From a virus: DNA of 25,711 bases. The number at the start of each line of letters is the position of its first letter. Positions within the stretch are counted from its first letter, which is position 1. The DNA is taken from IMG/VR virus record IMGVR_UViG_3300037808_001259; one strand, written 5' to 3'. The position numbers were made by a program, and so were the translations under genes. Below, in pieces: positions 1 to 7,804 of this stretch. The notes beneath the pieces are model-generated. The model did not search any database. It had not been told where the DNA came from and saw only the letters and a list, made by a program, of their open reading frames with translations.

Positions 1-465
1 CCCACATTTTCAACTGAAGCATTGACTACATCTGGTGTATTGTTATGTGTAGTGGCAGTTGCAGCATGGGTTGGATATTTGTTAGTAGGACAATCTATAA
101 TGAAGAAATATAAACCACTTACTATCGTGTTCTACGATTTTCTACAAGTGTTTGTTTATACTTCATTATTACAATCACCAGCAACTACAATTTCACAACT
201 AACCACTCATAATCTATTGGCAATTCTCTATATTGCTATAGTGGCCAGTTATATTGCATACTTATGTTATTGGACAGCAATTAAATACATTGGAGCCAGT
301 AACGCAGGAGTTGGTGAACTTTGTTTTGGTTCATTCTTTGCAGTAATAATCGCCTATTTCTTTTTAGACACGGCACCATCAGTATATCAACTATTAGGTT
401 TGGGATTACTTTCAGGTGGTATCTTCTTGATTTATAAAGAAAAACAGACCGCGTATGACCAATGA
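1..465 (+). CDS. EamA/DMT-family membrane transporter (5' partial)
   Basis: Frame is open from base 1 (PTFSTEALTTSG...). Multiple hydrophobic helices; 'YLCYWTAIKYIGASNAGVGELCFGSFFAVIIAYFFL' matches the EamA repeat pattern. Confidence 0.8.
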   Translation, partial: PTFSTEALTTSGVLLCVVAVAAWVGYLLVGQSIMKKYKPLTIVFYDFLQVFVYTSLLQSPATTISQLTTHNLLAILYIAIVASYIAYLCYWTAIKYIGASNAGVGELCFGSFFAVIIAYFFLDTAPSVYQLLGLGLLSGGIFLIYKEKQTAYDQ

Positions 466-1243
466 GATTAAATATTTAAATTTAGGAAGTCTTACTCCCG
501 ACATATATAGTTCAGTTTGGGAGTATGGAAATTTAATTGATACAAATTGTCCTACAGTTATAAAATTTTCATCAAAAAAACATATTGTAGCTTTTTTTGG
601 AAATAGTGAATTAGATATTTCATCATTTTTTAATGGAGAAATAGAATATCCGATAGTAAGAGTTTACGAAGATCCAGATAACATAGATGATGATAAACTG
701 GCATATTGGATAGAAGGTCCTAATTGTTTTAATTTTATTTTATATTTTTCTCGTGATGTAAAACCATTATTCTTACAAGCGGTACGAGAATGTTGTTTTA
801 AATTTGGAATTGAAACTTTCTGGAATGGTCGTAATGATATATTTTTTAAAATAAGGAATAAACAAAAAAAATTCTTCGGTTGTAGTTATGAGGTTATAAA
901 TAATTGTCATGTAACTGTTGGAACTATAACTTATCAGTTTGATTCTAAATTAGCAACTAAAGTTAAAGAATTGGATATTAATAATGTACTTAAAACACCA
1001 TCATTTGAACCTGATGGTGGAGATGTTAGTGATGTGGTTGGTGGTCTATGGGAAGTTGATTCAACTATTGATACCACAAAATTTAATGATGAATTTTTGA
1101 AGATTCTGATGAAAAAACTTGGTGGTACATTAGAAAAAAATAATCTATCCAGTGAAGAATTACAACTACTTATTAGTAGAGGAAAGAAAAGGTTAGAAGA
1201 TGAAGAATGGTTGTTAAAAGGAAACAATGAAAACTTTATTTGA
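455..1243 (+). CDS. Lipoate-protein ligase (BPL/LplA/LipB fold)-like protein, divergent
   Basis: 'GRNDIFFKIRNKQKKFFGCS...VTVGTI' resembles LplA 'GRNDL..DGRKVSGSA...HHGTL'. The C-terminal 'EEWLLKG' resembles the end of the LplA catalytic domain. The RRxSGGG loop is not conserved. Confidence 0.6.
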   Translation: MTNEIKYLNLGSLTPDIYSSVWEYGNLIDTNCPTVIKFSSKKHIVAFFGNSELDISSFFNGEIEYPIVRVYEDPDNIDDDKLAYWIEGPNCFNFILYFSRDVKPLFLQAVRECCFKFGIETFWNGRNDIFFKIRNKQKKFFGCSYEVINNCHVTVGTITYQFDSKLATKVKELDINNVLKTPSFEPDGGDVSDVVGGLWEVDSTIDTTKFNDEFLKILMKKLGGTLEKNNLSSEELQLLISRGKKRLEDEEWLLKGNNENFI

Positions 1244-1303
1244 AAATATAATATAGTGATAAAATAAATTAAATTTTAAGATAAAACATTAATAGTTATA
1301 TAT

Positions 1304-1747
1304 ATGAAAACAAAAACACTGTTTGACCACATAAATCATATAACAGGAAAACAAACAAAAGGTTATTGGGATACGCTCAATGATAAAGAAAAGAAAAATT
1401 GGTCTAATTATATGGTACATCGCTTCCTATCTATGAAAATGGAATGGGTAGATATAGTAAATGAGTTCCAAAAATATAATTTAAGACCACAAGAGTTATA
1501 CAAGTTATATACCAATATATTACCAAAGGGTAAGCAATGGTTGAAATACACAAAAGGTAAAAAGAGTATGAAACATCCAAAATGGTTATTAGAAATAGTA
1601 GCAAAGTACTATGAATCAAGTCTTAAAGAAGCACACGAATATTTAGAAGTATTCTATGCAACCGAACAGAACAAGGCAAATCTCAAAACTATTCTCCAGA
1701 AATACGGAGCGGATACAAAAGAACTGAAAAAACTGAACCTACCGTGA
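1304..1747 (+). CDS. T4 gp62-like sliding-clamp loader small subunit
   Basis: 'YMVHRFLSM...VNEFQKY...LYTNILPKGKQWLKYTK...VAKYYESSLKEAHEYL' aligns by eye with gp62-like proteins of T4-like phages. Confidence 0.65.
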   Translation: MKTKTLFDHINHITGKQTKGYWDTLNDKEKKNWSNYMVHRFLSMKMEWVDIVNEFQKYNLRPQELYKLYTNILPKGKQWLKYTKGKKSMKHPKWLLEIVAKYYESSLKEAHEYLEVFYATEQNKANLKTILQKYGADTKELKKLNLP

Positions 1748-2823
1748 GCCGAACAAATTACTCAACACTCGGTAATTTTTTCGAGTTTGATGAAGATGAT
1801 TTAGAGTTTGAGAGAGTTACAAATAATATAGATACAGTAGATATTGATTACGGCGTAGAAGTCATTTTCAAGTATTATAGAAAACACGGTTTCCCTCACT
1901 ACAAAATACGAGAAGATGAGAAGCATTCTCATATGAGAAAACTGCGTAAATTCGACACAACCACTATATTTGAGGACAAGAAAATCATCCAGACTATGCA
2001 TGCTCTACGGTTAGCCTGGTCCTACTTCCCATATTTTTGGGAAATTCAATGTGGGAACTCTATGAAATCCCCAATGGAAACTTTCAATGATGATAAGAAG
2101 TTCAAGGCAACAATCAAAAAGTGTTGGACCTGGCAAATAAAACATTGGAGTGGTGAGGGAATACGGACCCATAATAAGTTTCACGAAAACAGATTACGTC
2201 AGTCAATAAAAATTTATACAGGTACACAATCAGTATCTAATTTTAGACCAACAGCTGCAAAGATGATTTATGAAAAATACGGTGGAGAAGTCATTAGGGA
2301 TTTTAGCTCTGGATGGGGCGGCAGACTATTGGGGTTCTTAGCATCATCAAATACCAAACATTATATTGGTACTGAACCATCCACCAGAGCATACGAAGGT
2401 CTATTAGAAATGAAAAAAGATTTTTCGTATTTAGGGAAAAAAGTTGATATATATAAGTGTGGGTCAGAAACATACAGAACAGATCCTGATATATTAGATT
2501 TAGTTTTTACATCACCACCATATTTCGACACTGAGAAATATAGTGATGAACCAACACAAAGTTATATAAAATTTCCTACATTAGACAGCTGGGTAAATGA
2601 ATTTTTATTTCAATCATTTGAAAATGGTTATTACGGATTAAAGGATGAGAAGTATATGATTATTAATATAGCAAATACATCAAAACATAAAACAATAGTG
2701 GGAAGTACAATTAAAGTTGCGGAAAGGGTCGGCTTCACTCACGTAGATACAATACAATTAACTCTTTCATCAGTTATGGGGAAAGGTATGAAACTGGAGC
2801 CTTGCCTAATTTTTCAAAAATAA
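1744..2823 (+). CDS. Amino-DNA methyltransferase (N6-adenine/N4-cytosine)
   Basis: SAM-binding 'DFSSGWGGRLLG' and catalytic 'FTSPPYF' motifs; GTGA start/stop overlap with the upstream gene. Confidence 0.85.
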   Translation: MSRTNYSTLGNFFEFDEDDLEFERVTNNIDTVDIDYGVEVIFKYYRKHGFPHYKIREDEKHSHMRKLRKFDTTTIFEDKKIIQTMHALRLAWSYFPYFWEIQCGNSMKSPMETFNDDKKFKATIKKCWTWQIKHWSGEGIRTHNKFHENRLRQSIKIYTGTQSVSNFRPTAAKMIYEKYGGEVIRDFSSGWGGRLLGFLASSNTKHYIGTEPSTRAYEGLLEMKKDFSYLGKKVDIYKCGSETYRTDPDILDLVFTSPPYFDTEKYSDEPTQSYIKFPTLDSWVNEFLFQSFENGYYGLKDEKYMIINIANTSKHKTIVGSTIKVAERVGFTHVDTIQLTLSSVMGKGMKLEPCLIFQK

Positions 2824-2852
2824 ATGAATAAAATAACTTCATTTTTTTACTT

Positions 2853-2872
2853 TAGTTATATTTATTATAGGA
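2853..2872 (+). promoter_or_regulatory. AT-rich promoter-like motif (TAGTTATATTTAT) plus SD GGAG upstream of nuclease cassette 1
   Basis: TAGTTATA at 2853-2860 also occurs at 1293-1300 and 5647-5654 in intergenic gaps, followed here by TTTATTATAGGAG. Confidence 0.45.
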
Positions 2873-2880
2873 GATGATAA

Positions 2881-3066
2881 GTGGGAAGAATAAAGAAACA
2901 TATTACGGTAGATGAAAAGAAACAAGCTCAACGTAAGTGGTCTTTAGATTATTATCATCGAAATAAAGATGAAATAAATAAAGAAAAAATGGAGAAATAT
3001 TATGAAGAAAAAATTAGGGAGTTTCAAAAGAAATTGTCCGACTTGCGAAAAGGTGATTACTTATAA
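2881..3066 (+). CDS. Small basic helical protein, partner of downstream nuclease
   Basis: 61-aa ORF with GGAG SD; overlaps the start of the nuclease ORF at 3002. Confidence 0.6.
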   Translation: MGRIKKHITVDEKKQAQRKWSLDYYHRNKDEINKEKMEKYYEEKIREFQKKLSDLRKGDYL

Positions 3067-3679
3067 ACGGAATGATATAATGATTCGAGCTGAATCAATG
3101 GGGTTTAAGTGTAGGAGTTGCACTCATAAAGGTGAAAATAATGGAAATTATAAACATGGATTGATGGTAGGTGATGGAAAAAATAAAAAATGTTTGAATT
3201 GTGAGAAGTTGATACACATTAGGTCAGTATATTGAAGGGCGTGTTCAGTAATTGGTGATAGAAACCCGTTTTATGGAAAAACTCACACCACATCTGTAAT
3301 TAATGTTGTTATTAAATCAAATAAAAATAGAGCTGGAGTAAATTGTAAAGATACTACAAGAAAAAAACACAGAGTAAATATGATAAATAAATTAAAAAAA
3401 TATCATCCTGATTTCCCAACTGGAGCTCCAATGTATAATGTAAAATCAATTTCGATAATAGAACGATACGGAAAAGAAAATAGTTACAACTTCCAACACG
3501 CAGAAAACGGCGGTGAAGTTCAAGTGATTGGATATTTTGTAGATGGCTATGACAAAGAACGGAATGTAGTGATAGAATACTATGAAAAACATCACAAATA
3601 TCAAAAAGAACGAGATGAAAGAAGAAAGTAAGAAATAGTTGATCATCTGGGATGTAAATTTATAATAATAGAGGAGTAA
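3002..3679 (+). pseudogene. Zn-finger/NUMOD3/Vsr(DUF559)-like homing endonuclease interrupted by TGA (3233-3235) and TAA (3629-3631)
   Basis: One frame throughout: CPTC..CRSC..CLNC..SVY*RACS, then GDRNPFYGKTH (NUMOD3), then GYFVDGYDKERNVVIEYYEKHH...ERRK*EIVDHLGCKFIIIEE. Confidence 0.8.
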
Positions 3680-3681
3680 AA

Positions 3682-4230
3682 ATGCACGAAAGTAAAGAAG
3701 TATTTTATAAAAATTTGGAGTGGGGAGTAGACATACATACTAATACTATGTATCTCACATACGACATAGATGCAGATAGTTTATATTCAACAATGACCAG
3801 ATTTGACCAGTTAGTTAAATACAATAAAGGTGAAGATATAAACTTGGTAGTCTCGTCTTATGGTGGAGATGTTTATGCGATGTTAGGAACAATAGATTAT
3901 TTCAGATCACTTCCAGTAAAAGTGAATACTCATTGTTTTGGAGTAGCAATGTCCGCAGCAGCAGTCATCCTCGCATGTGGAACCGGAGTTCGTTCAATGA
4001 GCATAAATTCAACAATAATGGTGCATGAGGGTTCAGCATTTGAGTCAGGTAAAACATCAGATGTACTAAAAGGTGCAGAACACCTGAAAAAATTACAAGC
4101 AAATATCAATCGTATTCTCGGTAAAGTAACAAATAAAGACCATAAATTTTGGACGAGAATATCTAAAAATGATGTGTATTTAACGGCAGACGAAGCATTG
4201 GAATACGGCATTGTTGACATTATAAAATAG
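3682..4230 (+). CDS. clpP: ClpP-like ATP-dependent protease proteolytic subunit
   Basis: 'SSYGGDV', catalytic Ser 'AMSAAAVIL', His 'IMVHEGS', Asp 'NDVYLTADEALEYGIVD'; SD GAGGAG at 3671-3676. Confidence 0.9.
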   Translation: MHESKEVFYKNLEWGVDIHTNTMYLTYDIDADSLYSTMTRFDQLVKYNKGEDINLVVSSYGGDVYAMLGTIDYFRSLPVKVNTHCFGVAMSAAAVILACGTGVRSMSINSTIMVHEGSAFESGKTSDVLKGAEHLKKLQANINRILGKVTNKDHKFWTRISKNDVYLTADEALEYGIVDIIK

Positions 4231-4242
4231 GAGTTATAAATT

Positions 4243-4665
4243 ATGACTAAATTTATCAAAGATAATAAAAAAAGAGTAATCTACGGAAACGATGGTTCAC
4301 CAGATACAATTGAAGTGAACCCACAGTCAAATAACATCATAGACAAAATGGAACGAGAATATCCAGAAATGATGAAAGAGTTTCGTAAAATACAAGAAGA
4401 ACAATATGAGTTATTTGCCAAAAAACAGCAAGCATATGGAAAAAATTCTATTTTAATGGGTGGTGATATAAATAAATCTGATGATAGACAAATGGCACTA
4501 TCAGGAGTAGTAATTAGATTGAATGATAAATTACAGAGATTATTAAATCTTGTATTAAAAAATAAGAAAAGTGCGGTAGATGAAAACGTTGAAGATACAT
4601 TTATTGACATTGCAAATTATGCTAATATAGCATTGGTTGTTAGTAGAAAAAAATGGGGAAAATAG
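4243..4665 (+). CDS. DUF1599 / nucleotide-modification-associated domain protein
   Basis: 'LFAKKQQAYG', 'IRLNDKLQRL' and 'EDTFIDIANYANIA' are characteristic of DUF1599. Confidence 0.8.
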   Translation: MTKFIKDNKKRVIYGNDGSPDTIEVNPQSNNIIDKMEREYPEMMKEFRKIQEEQYELFAKKQQAYGKNSILMGGDINKSDDRQMALSGVVIRLNDKLQRLLNLVLKNKKSAVDENVEDTFIDIANYANIALVVSRKKWGK

Positions 4666-4778
4666 TTTTTCCTGATAGTTATTATAGAACAAGGACAGCA
4701 TTCGACGGAGTGTTTCCTGAAACCTGTTTAAGTAAGGATAACTTGTTCTATAACATAAATCTGAACAGGAGAAATAAA
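4666..4778 (+). promoter_or_regulatory. Structured 5' leader RNA of the GIY-YIG gene
   Basis: Perfect 12-bp inverted repeat TTATAGAACAAG (4682-4693)/CTTGTTCTATAA (4742-4753) encloses an inner hairpin (4697-4714). TTTTTCCTG (4666-4674) or CCTGTTT (4723-4729) can pair over the SD region GAACAGGAGAAA (4763-4774). Confidence 0.6.
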
Positions 4779-5567
4779 ATGATTATCTACAAAGCTACTA
4801 ACAAAGTCAATAATAAAAGTTATATTGGTCAAACAATTAAACCATTAACACAAAGAATATCAGAACATTTACATGCATAACGAAATGATCCAGCAACCTA
4901 TTTTCATAGATCAATTAGAAAACATGGGAACGAAAATTTTAGTTGGAAAGTTATAGATAATTCAGCAAAATCTATTGGTGAGTTAAATCTATTAGAACAA
5001 AAATACATTAAAGAATATCACACATTCCGTGGTGATCCAGAATGTAATGGATATAACTTAACTACAGGTGGGATGAATAAATTATTGTCAATTGAAACCA
5101 TTAATAAAATAAGGAATACACGAATATCAAATAATGGTTATGCACACTCAAAGGAATCATTAGATAAAATGGTTGCAACTAGAACCAAAAATAACAGTTG
5201 GAAACATTCAGATGAAACCAAAGAAAAACTTAGAATATCGAGTACAGGACGTAAACATTCAGATGAATCCAAATTAAAAATGTCCATATCTAAAGTAGAA
5301 TGGCATAAGACTGTTGATATCACTGGAAAGAAAAATCCATTTTATGGTAAAAATCATACAGACGAACTTAAACTTTATTTTAAAAAATTATATGCTAAAC
5401 ATTGGATAGTTACATTTCCAAATGGCAACACTAAAACATTTTTAGGTAAAAAAGAAGTTAAACAGTATATTATGGAGTATACTATGAAAAATAATGAAAA
5501 AGTAAGTTACTATAGTTTATTTTATTATGGTAAAAATGGTCACAACTGGAAAGTTGAGAAGAAATAG
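4779..5567 (+). pseudogene. GIY-YIG homing endonuclease with NUMOD3 repeats, interrupted by a single TAA (4878-4880)
   Basis: MIIYKATN..SYIGQT..QRISEHLHA*RNDPATYFHRSIRKHG..LEQKYI..GYNLTTGG continues in frame into the 5073-5567 ORF (KHSDETKEKL, KHSDESKLKM, GKKNPFYGKNH). Confidence 0.85.
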
Positions 5568-5642
5568 ATGGACACCTTCAGGGACATTTCAGTTTATGGA
5601 ATTATTGCCGAGATAGTTCGTAGGGGTAGTTGGGGAAAATAG
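5568..5642 (+). pseudogene. Displaced C-terminal fragment of DUF1599 gene (MDTFRDISVYGIIAEIVRRGSWGK*)
   Basis: Manual translation; homologous to the last 23 aa of 4243-4665. Confidence 0.8.
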
Positions 5643-5771
5643 TGTATAGTTATAAATGTGACGCTGGACTCTATGAATCAGATTCTTGGATCGGATTGAT
5701 GATAGAAATAATTAAACATAGAACTTGGCATTTAGTAAACCACGGTAAGTGGATAGATTAGGAGAAATAAA

Positions 5772-6017
5772 ATGAAAACTGTAGATTATTATACGGCGAA
5801 CTGGTGTGGTCCCTGTAAAACTTTCAAACCAATCATATTGGAACTTGTGAGTGAGGGATATAACATAACATTACACGACATAGATACTGAACGAGATTTG
5901 GCACTAACAAATAGAATACAAAGTGTTCCAACGCTCGTCATATCAGAGAACGGTGAAGAGGTGGATAGATTAGTTGGAGTGCATACAAAACAGTCCGTCA
6001 TTTCAAAATTGTCTTGA
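5772..6017 (+). CDS. Thioredoxin
   Basis: WCGPC active site, cis-Pro 'SVPT' motif, SD AGGAG. Confidence 0.93.
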   Translation: MKTVDYYTANWCGPCKTFKPIILELVSEGYNITLHDIDTERDLALTNRIQSVPTLVISENGEEVDRLVGVHTKQSVISKLS

Positions 6018-6042
6018 CTTTAACTTATTTTTTACGTATATT
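6014..6042 (+). promoter_or_regulatory. Sigma70-type promoter
   Basis: TTGACT (6014-6019), 17-nt spacer, TATATT (6037-6042), 12 nt before the ATG at 6055. Confidence 0.7.
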
Positions 6043-6054
6043 TAGGCATAAAAT

Positions 6055-6924
6055 ATGAAAAGTATAAGCTATTCGCAATTTTCTAAATGGGATAGGTGTC
6101 CTCACGCCTGGAAACTATCTTATGTAGATAAAAAATCTGTATTTGAGGGAAACATTTATACAATTTTTGGAACCTCGATACATGAAGTATTACAAAAATA
6201 TATAAAAGTAATGTATACAGATAGTGTAAAGAAGGCCGATGAATTATATCTTGATGAATTATTAGAAGATAGACTCAGAATAAACTTTTTGGACACTATG
6301 AAAACCAATGGTGGTGTAGAGATTTGTACAAAAAATGAAATGAACGAGTTTTACCAAGACGGAATAAAAATAATAGATTTCTTTAAGAAGAAACGAAATC
6401 AATATTTCAGTAAAAAGGGTTATGAGTTACTTGGCATTGAATCTGCATTAGATTATAATATGAAAAAAGTGAAATTTAAGGGATTTATAGATTTGATAAT
6501 TCGTGACGTTAAACGTGAACGAATAAAAATTATTGATATTAAGACCGCAACATACGGCTGGAACAAATATCAAAAAGCAGATACGAACAAAACAGCTCAG
6601 TTATTGTTATATAAACAGTTCTTCTCTAAGCAGTTTGATGTTCCATTAGATAGAATTGACGTAGAGTATTTCATAGTAAAGCGAAAACTATATGAAGGAA
6701 CAGATTACCCACAAAAACGAATTCAGACATTCATCCCAGCAAATGGTACTCCATCTATAAACAAGGTTAATAGACGATTAGAGAGTTTTATAGACAACTG
6801 TTTTACAGTGGATGGGGAATACCGAACAGACCATATTTATAGTAAATTACCATCAGTAAAGAACTGTAAATGGTGTGAATACACAGACCAACCAGATTTG
6901 TGTGATAAGAAACCTGAGAATTAA
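6055..6924 (+). CDS. PD-(D/E)XK exonuclease, Cas4/AddB-like
   Basis: 'ISYSQFSKWDRCP', 'FGTSIH', 'KGFIDLI', 'IIDIKT' and 'QLLLY', plus a 1+3 Cys cluster (RCP...CKWC..DLC). Confidence 0.88.
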   Translation: MKSISYSQFSKWDRCPHAWKLSYVDKKSVFEGNIYTIFGTSIHEVLQKYIKVMYTDSVKKADELYLDELLEDRLRINFLDTMKTNGGVEICTKNEMNEFYQDGIKIIDFFKKKRNQYFSKKGYELLGIESALDYNMKKVKFKGFIDLIIRDVKRERIKIIDIKTATYGWNKYQKADTNKTAQLLLYKQFFSKQFDVPLDRIDVEYFIVKRKLYEGTDYPQKRIQTFIPANGTPSINKVNRRLESFIDNCFTVDGEYRTDHIYSKLPSVKNCKWCEYTDQPDLCDKKPEN

Positions 6925-7365
6925 ATGATAGGAAGTAATTTTAGTTTAAGGATGAAATTATCATATTTTATTAATACAGAAAATGAAAGCGATGTAATAG
7001 ATAAAATAAATGAGATATATGGATTATACCCATTTAAACTTCAGCTATGGTATGATGAGGGTGAAGTAGCACCATCAGACTTAAAGGGATTTTTGGAACG
7101 ATATGAAAAAATCCTTCACTATAAAACAACCATTACAGTCGGAAATACACATAAAATAAATGAATTTACGTGGTTTAATATAACTCATAAACGAGATATA
7201 TTATTGGAATCCCCGTTAAGATTTCAGTATTGGTTCACGGGATCATCAGCTTTTGATGGTTTAATGGATGGATTAGAAGAATTTAAGAGTTGTGTAACAT
7301 TTGTAACTTCACCAAAACCACAAAAATCACATCAACCAGTAAGAAAGCAAAAAAGGAATGATTAG
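6925..7365 (+). CDS. Hypothetical protein
   Basis: 146-aa ORF abutting its neighbours; no recognised motif. Confidence 0.7.
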   Translation: MIGSNFSLRMKLSYFINTENESDVIDKINEIYGLYPFKLQLWYDEGEVAPSDLKGFLERYEKILHYKTTITVGNTHKINEFTWFNITHKRDILLESPLRFQYWFTGSSAFDGLMDGLEEFKSCVTFVTSPKPQKSHQPVRKQKRND

Positions 7366-7368
7366 ATT

Positions 7369-7773
7369 ATGAAAAGAATTGGAATCGTTGGAAGTAGAAA
7401 ATATATCAACAGGCGAAAAATTCGAGAATTTATTTTCAATTTAAGGGAAAAGTTCGGTGATGAAGTTGAAATTGTAAGTGGTGGGTGTAAACAAGGAGCT
7501 GACCACTATGCAAAGAAAATATCACTTGAATTTGATATGAAGTACGTAGAGTATCCACCAAAACATTTTCAGTATAACCAACATTGTATATTGGATTCCA
7601 GTGAATACGGAAAACCATACAGAGTTACCAATTATTTTAACAGAAATAAACAAATAGCAGAACATAGTGATTATATAGTAGCATTTATACCAAAGGGTCA
7701 TACATCAAGGGGAACGAATAATACAATAGAATATGCAACAAAATTAGATAAAAAAGTAGTTATTTTAGATTAA
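7369..7773 (+). CDS. SLOG/DprA-like (YspA/DUF2493-type) Rossmann protein
   Basis: 'IGIVGSR', 'IVSGGCKQGAD', 'RNKQIAEHSDYIVAF' and 'SRGTNNTIEYA'. Confidence 0.8.
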   Translation: MKRIGIVGSRKYINRRKIREFIFNLREKFGDEVEIVSGGCKQGADHYAKKISLEFDMKYVEYPPKHFQYNQHCILDSSEYGKPYRVTNYFNRNKQIAEHSDYIVAFIPKGHTSRGTNNTIEYATKLDKKVVILD

Positions 7774-7804
7774 TCTGATATATATGTATATATGAGGAAT
7801 AATT

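Larger units (their letters stand above)
4594..5570 (+). mobile_element. GIY-YIG homing-endonuclease insertion module carrying a replacement 3' end for the DUF1599 gene
   Basis: Bounded by two homologous DUF1599 C-termini (4594-4665 and 5571-5642; 13/23 aa identical, both ending TGGGGAAAATAG). Exact boundaries are inferred. Confidence 0.7.

Noticed and set aside
3233-3290. Selenocysteine at TGA in a U-x-x-C motif
   Set aside because: The position is a structural Zn-finger Cys in a nuclease, no convincing SECIS hairpin follows, and the same gene has an independent TAA. A nonsense mutation is more parsimonious.
4653-4778. N-terminal extension of the GIY-YIG ORF from ATG 4653
   Set aside because: It overlaps the DUF1599 end and spans the RNA hairpin. 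The real start is ATG 4779, with SD AGGAG and the motif IIYKATN.
4594-5642. Group I intron or intein housing the GIY-YIG gene
   Set aside because: The upstream gene is complete with its own stop, no group I core (P3-P7) or intein splice motifs were recognised, and the downstream piece duplicates rather than continues the reading frame.
5699-5761. 20-aa ORF MIEIIKHRTWHLVNHGKWID as a third, older DUF1599 terminus or a small protein
   Set aside because: It shares only V..G.W with the two termini and has no SD; the similarity is within chance.
6055-6924. CRISPR-Cas locus implied by the Cas4-like gene
   Set aside because: No repeat-spacer array and no cas1/cas2 or effector genes in the window; solo Cas4-like nucleases are common in phages.
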